Source of the DNA: an uncultured Phycisphaerales bacterium
Lineage (GTDB): Bacteria > Planctomycetota > Phycisphaerae > Phycisphaerales > SM1A02
Assembly: GCA_938084645.1 (NCBI GenBank)
Contig: CALKEP010000001.1
Coordinates: forward strand, 1-64,000
Reading direction: 5' to 3'
Length of the DNA: 64,000 bases
Shown here: one piece after another, positions 51,709 through 60,632 of the stretch
How positions within the stretch are numbered: position 1 is the stretch's first letter
How the letters are laid out: every line of letters starts with the position of its first letter
The notes under the pieces: model-generated
Seen by the model: the letters and a program-made list of their open reading frames with translations, nothing else
The model's database searches: none
Told to the model about the DNA's origin: nothing
Translations under genes and position numbers: made by a program

Positions 51709-53432
51709 ACCACACTCCGTTCCACATCCTCTTCCGCCGTCCGTCCACCGGTGGGCTCGCGCTCACCGCCGCCCTCGGCCTGCTTCTCACCGTGGGCTGC
51801 GACGGGATCCTCAAGCCGAAGACGCCGTACTGGCGTCCCGCCCCGGAGCAGGTCGGTGTCATCTCGCCGGTGGATCTCACCACGCGAAGCACGGCACCAC
51901 TGGAAGGTCCGGACGAAGCGATGGAGGCGGCGCTGGCGAATCGGCTGCCGATCACCACGCCCGAGGAATCCCGGACGATCGGGATCGCCGAGGTTCGCCG
52001 GGCCGTGATCGAGGGCAACCTCGACCTGGGCACCGAACTCATCTCGCCCGAGATCGCCCGGGCGAATCTCGGGGCGGAAGAGGCCAAGTTCGAGTCGACC
52101 CTCTTCGCGGGCTACACCCGGAACGATCAGGGCGTGATCACCAATCTTGAACAGGGTGAGCCGACGAGCAGTGACGAGTTCCTCGCCGGGATTCGACTTC
52201 CGCTCGCGAGCGGTGGCACGATCACCGTCGACACCCTCGCCACGCAGAGCGACCTCGGGTCGGGATTCCCCGGCGGACAGGTCGCGCCCTGGGAATCCAA
52301 TCTCAGATTCTCGATCTCCCAGCCCCTGCTCCGCGGCGCCGGCGCGGTGAACACCGCCTCGATCCGGATCGCGAAGTGGAATCGCGATCTGGCGGACGCC
52401 CGCCTCAAGCTGGCGACGATCCGGATTCTCGCCGATGCCGACAAGGCCTATTGGCGTCTCTACGAGGCGTGGCGTGAACTCGAGGTCAGGAAGAGCCAGT
52501 ACGAACGCGCCACCAGTCAGTTGGAGCGGGCCCAGCGACGACTGGATGCCGGCGACGCCCCCGAGATCGACGTCATCCGGGCGCGAAGCGGCGTGGGAAG
52601 CACGCTGGAATCCATCATCCGCGCCGACGCGTCGCTCCGTCAGCGACAGCGTGCTCTGAAGCGATTGATGAATCTCGCGGACCTTCCGATCGGTTCCGAG
52701 ACCGCGATCATTCCCGAGACCCAGCCGAATCCGATCCGCATCGAACTCGACGGGGGAGCGCTCGCGGCGGAGGCGATCACCAACCGGATGGAGATGCTCG
52801 AGCTGGAGATCCAGCTTGCGATCGACGCCACCACGGTGGACATTCGTCGCAATGAAGCGCTTCCGGTGTTCGCCTTCGATTACCGGTATTCAATTCAAGG
52901 CGACGACCAGACCTTCGACGCCGCGTATGGAGCGCTCGGCGATTCCGACAGTCATCGAATCGGCGTCAACGGCGAGATTCCGATCGGAAACGCCCAGCGT
53001 GAGAATCGACTTTCCGCGGCGATCCTGCAACGGGTCCAGCGACTCGCGACTCGGGCGGCACGCGGCCAGGCGATCGAATCGGAGGTCTTCGATGCGCTCG
53101 ACCGGCTTCGGCAGGCCTGGCAGTCGATCCTGGCGGCACGACTGGAGACGGTGCTCGCCGCTCGAACCGCGGTCGGCGAGGAACGCCAGTTCGAAGTCGG
53201 GATCCGGACGTCGACCGACGTGCTCGAGGCGCAGAGCCGCCTCGCCGATGCGCAGAGTCGAGAGGTCCAGTCCCTCGCCGCGTACCAGATCGCGCTGGTG
53301 GACATCGCCTTCGCGACCGGCACCCTCCTGGGCCAGTCGAAGGTCGAATTCCAGGAATCCGAGGACGGTGCGACGTCCGTCCGCGAAGTCTCCGCGGACG
53401 TCACCGACGCGTCCCCGGTCGACGACGGCTGA
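51705..53432 (+). CDS. tolC: TolC-family outer membrane factor (lipoprotein signal)
   Basis: LLTVGC lipobox-like motif, SQPLLRG, AYWRL and E...FEVG..TSTDVLEAQ. Last gene of the adaptor-ABC operon. Confidence 0.88.
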   Translation: MNHTPFHILFRRPSTGGLALTAALGLLLTVGCDGILKPKTPYWRPAPEQVGVISPVDLTTRSTAPLEGPDEAMEAALANRLPITTPEESRTIGIAEVRRAVIEGNLDLGTELISPEIARANLGAEEAKFESTLFAGYTRNDQGVITNLEQGEPTSSDEFLAGIRLPLASGGTITVDTLATQSDLGSGFPGGQVAPWESNLRFSISQPLLRGAGAVNTASIRIAKWNRDLADARLKLATIRILADADKAYWRLYEAWRELEVRKSQYERATSQLERAQRRLDAGDAPEIDVIRARSGVGSTLESIIRADASLRQRQRALKRLMNLADLPIGSETAIIPETQPNPIRIELDGGALAAEAITNRMEMLELEIQLAIDATTVDIRRNEALPVFAFDYRYSIQGDDQTFDAAYGALGDSDSHRIGVNGEIPIGNAQRENRLSAAILQRVQRLATRAARGQAIESEVFDALDRLRQAWQSILAARLETVLAARTAVGEERQFEVGIRTSTDVLEAQSRLADAQSREVQSLAAYQIALVDIAFATGTLLGQSKVEFQESEDGATSVREVSADVTDASPVDDG

Positions 53433-53437
53433 CCGCG

Positions 53438-53887
53438 TCAGTCCGGAGCGCCGGGGGTGGCATCGCCTTCGATCACCCGTTCCGCGGCGATCGCGATCGC
53501 GGTCGAGGCGACGGCGCGGAGCCGGTCGTCGATCCCCTCATCGTCGGCGAGGCCCTGAAGCGCCTCGACGATCCGATCGGTCCGCTGTCGGGAGATCCAC
53601 AACCCGTGCCTGACGAGCCCGGCGGCGAGGGTGGCCGCGTAGTACCGGGCCGCCAGTCGTCGATCGGTCGAGTCCTCTCCGCCCAGGCGGAGGGTCTTGA
53701 AGCCTCGCTTCAGGAGACGCAGCCGTTCAAGGTCCGCGTCGGGATCGGGGATGGGATCGCAGATCGCGGCGACGGCGTCTTGGCTTCCCGGTGCGAGTTC
53801 GAGGGCCAGCCAGTCGGCGGCGCTTCGCTCGGGATCCGCGCCGACCGAGATGGCCCACCGGAGGGAGTCGCTCAGTGAATCGGTCAT
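53438..53887 (-). CDS. Small helical hypothetical protein coupled to ECF sigma factor
   Basis: ATGA overlap with the ECF stop. K..FK and YYAA.LAAGLVRHG..IS motifs. No TM segment. Confidence 0.7.
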   Translation of the reverse strand: MTDSLSDSLRWAISVGADPERSAADWLALELAPGSQDAVAAICDPIPDPDADLERLRLLKRGFKTLRLGGEDSTDRRLAARYYAATLAAGLVRHGLWISRQRTDRIVEALQGLADDEGIDDRLRAVASTAIAIAAERVIEGDATPGAPD

Positions 53888-54639
53888 GAACCTTCCTCCG
53901 CAAGGAGGCGAAGCAGATCGCGGGCCTCCGAATCCACGTCGTCGGGCGAGGGCACGGTCTCGCCGATCTCGTGGAGAATGGCCCGGCCGAGCGATCTCTT
54001 TCCGTTGACGAGATAGGCCGCGGCCTGCGGCACGTCCCGAAGCCCGAGTGACTCCACCAGAGCGGCGTAGGGCGTGGGGCTCGAACCGTCGAGCATCGGT
54101 CGGATCAGCCTCGACTCGAGGATGATCCATTCCGTCTCACGGTCGGATTCGAGAAACGACGAGCGCACGGTGTCGACGGCGCGTCGAAGCAGGGTCGCGA
54201 CCCAGTGGCGGGTGAAGGACCGCTCGGGAGTCTCCGAGTTCGCGGAAGGCACCGCCGCGGGATCGGAGGCATCGAGTGACGCGACGAAGCCATTGGCCGG
54301 GCGTCGCTTGAGCGAGGCTTCGCGTCGATGCCGGTCCTTCAGGTAGTTGCCGATGGATCGGAAGAGCAGGCCTCTGAATCGGCCGCGATCCCGGTCGGCG
54401 CTGCCGGGCAGGTTCCGTTCGAGAATCACGTCGGCGACGAACCCCTGCACCACGTCGGTCGCCTCCTGGGGGGAGCAACCGGTGGCTCGCACGTAGGCGA
54501 ACAACGGAGGCCAGTAGCGGCGGACCAGTCGATCGAGGGAGATCGCACGAGATGGCGAGCCGACCCGGCCGGCATCGAGGATCATCGACCAGTCGGTGAG
54601 ACTCTGTTCGGCGCGAGCTGTCTCGGTGCGTTCAGGCAT
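53884..54639 (-). CDS. ECF sigma-70 factor (planctomycete type)
   Basis: TDWSMI, RYWPPLFAYVR, EATDVVQGF, RGRFRGLL and PERSF...W. Confidence 0.82.
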   Translation of the reverse strand: MPERTETARAEQSLTDWSMILDAGRVGSPSRAISLDRLVRRYWPPLFAYVRATGCSPQEATDVVQGFVADVILERNLPGSADRDRGRFRGLLFRSIGNYLKDRHRREASLKRRPANGFVASLDASDPAAVPSANSETPERSFTRHWVATLLRRAVDTVRSSFLESDRETEWIILESRLIRPMLDGSSPTPYAALVESLGLRDVPQAAAYLVNGKRSLGRAILHEIGETVPSPDDVDSEARDLLRLLAEEGS

Positions 54640-54771
54640 GGATCGATCACGGTGCATGAAACGGTGGCATCCCCGCGGGCCGCCCCCGGATTCGATACGC
54701 ATTCAGGATCGGCATCCGGATGAAAAAACAGGGATTCCCGTTGAATTCACGGTCCCCGATTCGCCGGAAGG

Positions 54772-56037
54772 CTAGTCGAGGCTGTTTTCGAGGCACCAGC
54801 CGGCGAGCCAGATTCCGCGTGAGGCCTTTCGTGGATCACGGAGGATCCAGGTCTCGGGGTCGGCCTCCATCATGCGGCGAGCCTGTCGAGCCGGTGCGGA
54901 GCCCACCTTCACGACCATCGGCTCGGCATCCTGCGTGTCGATCGTGATCGCGTGTATGGGATCGTCGTTGACCGAGGTGTTGGTGCGGTCGACGCCGATC
55001 AGGCGCCCCTTCACCACGACTCCGGAGGTCACAAGGCGCTTGCGGATGATTCGGTGCCGCAGGATGAACGCGGAGATGACGAGCGCAACGAGACCGACGC
55101 CGAGGAACGCGAGTCCCTCGATCTGCCCGCCGACGAGCGTGAAGACGCCGATTCCGGCGAAGACGGCGCCGAACACCGGTGCCAGGGCCAGTGGAAAGGT
55201 CGTGCCACCCCAGGCTTTTCGCGCGATCTGGGGGGGGATGTTCGCGCGGGGTGTCGGGGCGATCCGAAGCTGATCCAGCATTTCGCCGGTGATCAGCGTC
55301 CGGGCGATATGTCGTCCGATCAGACCACCCTGCGTGGTCAGATTCTGCACCGCCTCCTCGGCGTAGGTTCCATCGACGGCGTCGGCGGCACGTCGACCGA
55401 CCTCCGGATCGTCGACGATCGGACCCGCGGCGACGAGCGCATCCTCGAGCAGGGAACGCGATGCGGCTTCGTCCAGTCGGTGATCGTGTCTTCGCCCCAT
55501 CGTCCGTCTGCCGGCGTCCCCGCCGCCGATCGTGCTTCGACTTCCCGATGAGCCGTCGACGCTCCGTCGCGATATCAACACGCCGCGGCCGCTGAATTTC
55601 AGGTAGAGATCGTCGACCGAGAGGAGCGAATCGATCGCCTCGCGCCCGAGGAGCGCCCGGACCGAATCCACGTTGGCGGTCATCACCTTGTACCGATCGG
55701 AGAACTCCGGTTCGTCTTCGAACTCCATCGCGGGGAACCCGAGAATCGACACGACCATTCCCAGCACCTTCTCACCAAGACCGGCATCCGGCCGGATCTC
55801 GAATTCCGGCAACTTCGTTTCGGGGCGATGAAGGAACACCACGGTGTGCATCACGTCGTGCCCCATGTCATCGGAGTCGTGTTCGTGCCATTCGACGTCC
55901 ACGAGGATGTCGGATCCCAGTCCATGCTCCAGGACCCGTGGCGTTCCGAATCGGACGTCCGCCTCGTCGAAGTGGCTCTGGAGTTCGGCGAGTGCTTCCT
56001 TCCGGATCTCGCCTTCGGTGAATTCGTCGAGGTTCAT
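54772..56037 (-). CDS. Hypothetical membrane protein (soluble N-domain, two TM helices, small C-terminal beta domain)
   Basis: GGAG RBS before ATG 56037. Open frame with a clear TM pair near the C-terminus. Confidence 0.7.
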   Translation of the reverse strand: MNLDEFTEGEIRKEALAELQSHFDEADVRFGTPRVLEHGLGSDILVDVEWHEHDSDDMGHDVMHTVVFLHRPETKLPEFEIRPDAGLGEKVLGMVVSILGFPAMEFEDEPEFSDRYKVMTANVDSVRALLGREAIDSLLSVDDLYLKFSGRGVLISRRSVDGSSGSRSTIGGGDAGRRTMGRRHDHRLDEAASRSLLEDALVAAGPIVDDPEVGRRAADAVDGTYAEEAVQNLTTQGGLIGRHIARTLITGEMLDQLRIAPTPRANIPPQIARKAWGGTTFPLALAPVFGAVFAGIGVFTLVGGQIEGLAFLGVGLVALVISAFILRHRIIRKRLVTSGVVVKGRLIGVDRTNTSVNDDPIHAITIDTQDAEPMVVKVGSAPARQARRMMEADPETWILRDPRKASRGIWLAGWCLENSLD

Positions 56038-56216
56038 CGTTGATCTCCGGTTCGACCCGCTTGATCGCAACGAACGGTGTCTGGGTGACGTCACGAATTG
56101 GAACGTCACCGTCCGGAGTATAGGGAGGTGCGATTGTTCGTCCCGACGCGGCACGGCGGATCGACGTGTTCGGCATGAGGAAGGCGGAAATCGTGTGCCG
56201 ATCGACGGCTCGAACG

Positions 56217-56254
56217 CGAAGAGGCCCGCCGGCGATCGCCGGTGGGCCTCTTCG
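56217..56254 (-). terminator. Long hairpin downstream of tmRNA (probable terminator)
   Basis: CGAAGAGGCCCGCCGGCG-AT-CGCCGGTGGGCCTCTTCG, near-perfect inverted repeat. Confidence 0.65.
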
Positions 56255-56305
56255 TGTCGGTTCGAACGGGAGCGGTCTCGCGGAACGAGCCTTCCGTCGA
56301 AGAAG

Positions 56306-56652
56306 TGGAGCCGGGGGGATTCGAACCCCCGTCCCGAAACGTGCCGAAGGCCGCGTCTACGCGTGTAGTCGTCCCTTGATCTCGTTCACGACCCGGAGGG
56401 ATGACGACCCAAGCCGTGAACAAGGCATGCGAATGTCTCGATCCTCCAAGGCATGCCAGCCCTTCGGACCCAGCCCGATGATTTGCGGAATCCCACCCCA
56501 TCGGGCGTCAGATGGGATTCCGTCACGGCGATCAGGCCGCGAGAGCGTACTGCGTGTTGGCAGATAAAAGTTTGCATCCTTTTTACGTGGCATGGATGCT
56601 CCACGACGCGCAACGACAGACGATCATCGTCCGGTCGATACCAGTCGGCCCC
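56306..56652 (-). ncRNA. ssrA: tmRNA, tag peptide (A)ANTQYALAA
   Basis: 5' GGGGCCG pairs with 3' CGGCTCC-A including G3.U. T-arm GGGGGTTCGAATCCCCC. Tag ORF GCC AAC ACG CAG TAC GCT CTC GCG GCC TGA at 56561-56532. Confidence 0.96.
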
Positions 56653-56781
56653 AGTTGTCAAAGAGCTTCGCCGAATCGGCGACACACGAGTATACGCCTC
56701 GACTCGACGAGACTGATCACGTTTCGGCCATGAATCGACCGTCCGCTTGTCGAATCACGGTTTTCCGTTGAGAATCCAGCC

Positions 56782-57264
56782 ATGACGGAAACGCCCACCC
56801 GCATCCTCTTCATCTGCATGGGAAACATCTGCCGGTCCCCGGCTGCGGAGGCGGTGTTCCTCCGCCTGATCGCGGACCGGGGAATCGCGGCGACGTTCCA
56901 CGTCGACAGCGCCGGAACCGGCGGGTGGCACGCGGGCGAGCCCGCGGATCACCGATCCCGGGGGGAGGGTGCCCGTCGTGGCTACGACCTCTCGACCGCG
57001 GCCCGGCAGGTCCACGACGGCGACTGGGAGGCGTTCGATCTGCTGGTCTGCATGGATCGTGACAACGCCTCCCTGCTTCTGGATCGCGGTGCCCCCGAGG
57101 CGAAGGTCCGGCTGCTGCTCGACTGGCACCCCGATCCGGCGCATGCCGAGGTCCCGGATCCCTACTACGGGGGGGAGGACGGCTTCGTGCACATGTACGA
57201 CCTGATCGAGGCGGCGTGCGAACGTCTGGTCGAGGAGCTGGAGTCGGGCGGATTGAAGATCTGA
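56782..57264 (+). CDS. Low-molecular-weight protein tyrosine phosphatase
   Basis: CMGNICRS, DSAGT and VPDPYYG. Confidence 0.95.
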   Translation: MTETPTRILFICMGNICRSPAAEAVFLRLIADRGIAATFHVDSAGTGGWHAGEPADHRSRGEGARRGYDLSTAARQVHDGDWEAFDLLVCMDRDNASLLLDRGAPEAKVRLLLDWHPDPAHAEVPDPYYGGEDGFVHMYDLIEAACERLVEELESGGLKI

Positions 57265-58217
57265 TGGAGGTGGCGGAGCTGCTCGAAGCCGTCGGGATCG
57301 CCGGCCGTTCCGTGGTCGTGCGTTCGTTGTCCGGGGATTCGGGGGCCCGCGTTCGTGTCGTCGAAATCGATCGCGAACGCCTCCTCGTCCTCAAGACGGT
57401 CTCTGTGGGAACGGGTCCATCAGCACGTGTTCGCTCGGCGGCCGGAGGGCCGACGAAGATCCACGAGGAGGCGGCAGGGCTCTCGCTGCTCGCGGCGACC
57501 GGAACCGTGTCGGTTCCGAAGGTGCTCGGATGCGGTCTGCATCATGGGACTGCGATTCTCGCGCTTGAGTACCTGCAGGCGACGGAACAGGCACCCATCG
57601 ACGAGTTCGCGTGGGTCGATTTCGGTCGGAGGCTCGCCGACCTCCATTTGGCGCAGCCTCCGCCCTGTGATGGGCGATTCGGGCTCGACCATGACAATCA
57701 TCTGGGGGCGACGCCCCAGGACAATCGGCCGGAATCGGAGTGGGGCACCTTCCTGGTGGATCGTCGGATTCGACCGATGATCGAGCGCCTGCGTTCCAGT
57801 CGACGTCTCCTGGGGTCGGAGGCTTCCGAGCTCACGTGTCTGGCCGACCGGATTCCGGCTCTTCTTCCCCCGGGCATCAGGCCGGGGCTCATTCATGGCG
57901 ATCTCTGGAGCGGGAACGTCCTGATGACCGCGGAGCATGGGGTATTCGTGATCGATCCCGCCGTGGTGATCGCGGATCCTCTGTTCGAGATCGGGATGAT
58001 GCGTCTGTTCGGCGGCTTTCCCGATGCCTGCGAAGCGGCCTTGCTCGACAGGCTGGCCGAGGTCGGGGGCGAGGAAATGCTGCATCGCTCGGAGGTGCGG
58101 ATCGAGCTGGGCAGGCTCAACCACCTGCTCAACCACTGGCTGCTCTTCGGGCGTGAGTACGCACCCGCGACCATGCGATGCGTCGAGGAGCTCGCGCCTC
58201 CTGATCCTGGTGCGTGA
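57264..58217 (+). CDS. Fructosamine/ketosamine-3-kinase family protein
   Basis: EAAGL, FGL..DN.LG.T.Q.N, IHGDLWSGN, IDPA and LFGGF. Start overlaps the PTP stop. Confidence 0.9.
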   Translation: MEVAELLEAVGIAGRSVVVRSLSGDSGARVRVVEIDRERLLVLKTVSVGTGPSARVRSAAGGPTKIHEEAAGLSLLAATGTVSVPKVLGCGLHHGTAILALEYLQATEQAPIDEFAWVDFGRRLADLHLAQPPPCDGRFGLDHDNHLGATPQDNRPESEWGTFLVDRRIRPMIERLRSSRRLLGSEASELTCLADRIPALLPPGIRPGLIHGDLWSGNVLMTAEHGVFVIDPAVVIADPLFEIGMMRLFGGFPDACEAALLDRLAEVGGEEMLHRSEVRIELGRLNHLLNHWLLFGREYAPATMRCVEELAPPDPGA

Positions 58218-59312
58218 TCAGCCGTGCTTCGCCGCGAAGTCCGACATGAACGATGCGAGGGCGTCGCAGCCGGCCGGGGGGAAGGCGTTGTAGATCGACG
58301 CTCGGATGCCGCCGACCGATCGGTGCCCCTTCAGTCCGTCCATGCCCGAGGCCTTCGCCTCGGTCACGAAGGTCTTCTCCAGCGACTCCTCGGGAAGGCG
58401 GAAGGTCACGTTCATCTCGGAACGGCTGCCCTCGGCGGCGTGGCCCCGATAGAAGCCACCACTCCCGTCGATCGCGTCGTAGATCGTCTTCGCCTTCGCC
58501 GCATTGTGGGTCGCGATGCCTTCGAGGCCGCCCATCTCGAGGATCCAATCGAAGACGAGGCCCATGCAGTACACGCCGAACACCGGAGGGGTGTTCAGCC
58601 GCGAGCCCTGGGCCGCCTGCTTGCGGTAGTCGAGGAGATCGATGGTTTCGCGGCACGACCGCTCGAGCATGTCCTTGCGGATGATCACGAGGGCGACGCC
58701 CGAAGGGCCGAGGTTCTTCTGCGCACCGGCGTAGACGAGGGCGTGGTCCGCATGATTCCACGGCCGTCCGAACATCTCGCTGCTCGCGTCGCAGACCAGG
58801 GGCGCGTCCGAGACCGGCGGCGTCGCGTACCGGGTGCCGTAGATCGTGTTGTTCGAGCAGTAGTGGAAGTACGCGGCGTCGGCCGTCGTATTCAACTCGT
58901 CCGCCGAAGGGCAGTGGTCGTACCCGCACGCGGAGCCGTCGAACGCGACGTTCACGTTCCCGAACTTCCGGGCCTCCTTGATCGCCTTGGTGGTCCAGGT
59001 GCCGGTGTCCGGATAGTCGGCGGTGGCGTCCTCGGGCAGGAAGTTCATGGGGATCATCCCGAACTGCATCGACGCGCCGCCCTGCAGGAACAGGATCTCG
59101 TGATCGTCGCCGAGGCCGGCGATCCGGCGACACCGGTCGATCGCCTCGTCGAAGACGCGATCGATCACCGGGCCGCGGTGGCTGTGTTCGAGTACGCCGA
59201 TGCCGCTGCCGTCGATGTCCCAGACGTCCTCGCGGATGCGCTCGAGTACGGATTCCGGCATCACGGCGGGGCCGGCGGAGAAGTTGAAGATGCGGGTGGT
59301 GGTGGCTGGCAT
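58218..59312 (-). CDS. serC: Phosphoserine aminotransferase
   Basis: NFSAGPA, EHSHR, QGGAS.QF, NNTIYG, AGAQKN (PLP Lys), NTPP and GHRSVGGIRASIYNA. Confidence 0.97.
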   Translation of the reverse strand: MPATTTRIFNFSAGPAVMPESVLERIREDVWDIDGSGIGVLEHSHRGPVIDRVFDEAIDRCRRIAGLGDDHEILFLQGGASMQFGMIPMNFLPEDATADYPDTGTWTTKAIKEARKFGNVNVAFDGSACGYDHCPSADELNTTADAAYFHYCSNNTIYGTRYATPPVSDAPLVCDASSEMFGRPWNHADHALVYAGAQKNLGPSGVALVIIRKDMLERSCRETIDLLDYRKQAAQGSRLNTPPVFGVYCMGLVFDWILEMGGLEGIATHNAAKAKTIYDAIDGSGGFYRGHAAEGSRSEMNVTFRLPEESLEKTFVTEAKASGMDGLKGHRSVGGIRASIYNAFPPAGCDALASFMSDFAAKHG

Positions 59313-59369
59313 GCTCGGCGCTCGCGTGGGTGTGTCGACGGATCGAATCGGATCGGGAAGTCTTGAGGA

Positions 59370-60632
59370 TCAGTGGGTCGAGACGTCGACGCTGATCACG
59401 TGCTCGCCGCCCCGGAGGGTCTCGGCGAGGTCGTCGGTCGGGGGTTCGGAGACGCGGATCCGGGCGCAGGCGGCCTTGCCGCCGACGTAGATCACGTTCT
59501 CCATGTCCTCGACGTTGAGGCCGCCGCGGCTCAGGGCGTCGCAGATGGTGGCCAGGACGCCCGGACGGTTGAAGTGCCGGATGGTGAGGCTCGCCGCCCC
59601 GGTACCGGACGCGATGTTGATGCAGTTCGGCGTGTCGCCGGTCTCGAGATGGACCCGGATCACCCGGACGGCCTCGGCTGCGATCGCGGCCTGGGCCTGA
59701 TCGGTGGACGCGCCCACGTGATGGGTGCCGTACACGCCGGGAAGCTTCACGATGTCGTCTTCGAAGTCGCCGGTGCCACTTCCCGGCTCGTTGGCGAAGA
59801 CATCGAGCCCCGCGCGGATGCCCTTCTCCTCGATGGCGGCGGCGAGGGCGTTCTGGTCGATCACCGATCCACGGCTGGTGTTCACCAGAATCGCGCCGGG
59901 TTTCATCGCGGCGAGGAACTCGGCGGAGATGAGATGGCGGGTGTCGTCGTTCGCGGCCACGTTCACGGAGATCACGTCGCACATCCGGGCGAGATTGATG
60001 AGGTTCTCGCACGCATGGCAGCCCGCGGACTCGGCCCGGGGCTCGGTGATGGAGCGGCTCCACGCGAAGACCCGCATGCCGAAGGCGTTTCCGCGATCCG
60101 CGATGGCCTCGCCGATCCGGCCGAGTCCCACGATGCCGAGGGTTCTTCCCGCGAGTCCGGGCGCCTTGGAATACTGCTTCTTGTTCCAGACACCCGCACG
60201 CAGGTCGGCCACCTGATCGGGAATGCGGCGGTCGCATCCCAGGATGAGGCCCCAGGCCAGTTCGGCGACCGCGAGCGAGTTCTTGCCCGGGCAGTTCGCC
60301 ACCGAGATGCCGCGGCCACTCGCGGCCGGGACGTCGATGTTGTCAGTGCCAGCGCCGGCGCGGACGATCAGCGCCATCTGTCCCGCCGCGTTGATCGCGT
60401 CGGCCCGGACCTTGGTGGAACGGACGACGAGAATCTGCGGATCGTGTTCGGCGATCGCCGCGGGCAGCGTCTCGGGGGTGAGGTCGGGATGGGACTCCAC
60501 GCGATGGCCGAGGGACTCGAGGGTCTCGATGCCGGACGCGTCGAACTTGTCGGCGATCAGGATCGTCGCGCCCTCGGACGTGTCGGTCGGATTCGTGGAG
60601 GACTGGGGCTGGGACATGGTTCCATTGCTCAT
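59370..60632 (-). CDS. serA: D-3-phosphoglycerate dehydrogenase (with ACT-like tail)
   Basis: VRST, RAGAGTDNID, GLGRIG, NTSRG, LDVF..EP, HVGAST.QAQ and H.N.PGVL. Confidence 0.87.
   Translation of the reverse strand: MSNGTMSQPQSSTNPTDTSEGATILIADKFDASGIETLESLGHRVESHPDLTPETLPAAIAEHDPQILVVRSTKVRADAINAAGQMALIVRAGAGTDNIDVPAASGRGISVANCPGKNSLAVAELAWGLILGCDRRIPDQVADLRAGVWNKKQYSKAPGLAGRTLGIVGLGRIGEAIADRGNAFGMRVFAWSRSITEPRAESAGCHACENLINLARMCDVISVNVAANDDTRHLISAEFLAAMKPGAILVNTSRGSVIDQNALAAAIEEKGIRAGLDVFANEPGSGTGDFEDDIVKLPGVYGTHHVGASTDQAQAAIAAEAVRVIRVHLETGDTPNCINIASGTGAASLTIRHFNRPGVLATICDALSRGGLNVEDMENVIYVGGKAACARIRVSEPPTDDLAETLRGGEHVISVDVSTH

Noticed and set aside
48361..53432. Type I secretion system for the adjacent surface proteins
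   Set aside because: The transporter is MacB-type rather than HlyB-type, and the surface proteins have N-terminal Sec signal peptides.
53438..56306. Genomic island integrated at the tmRNA 3' end
   Set aside because: No integrase, and I saw no duplicate of the tmRNA 3' end in the window.
56306..56335. tRNA gene
   Set aside because: The T-arm and acceptor half belong to the tmRNA, whose 5' end lies at 56652.
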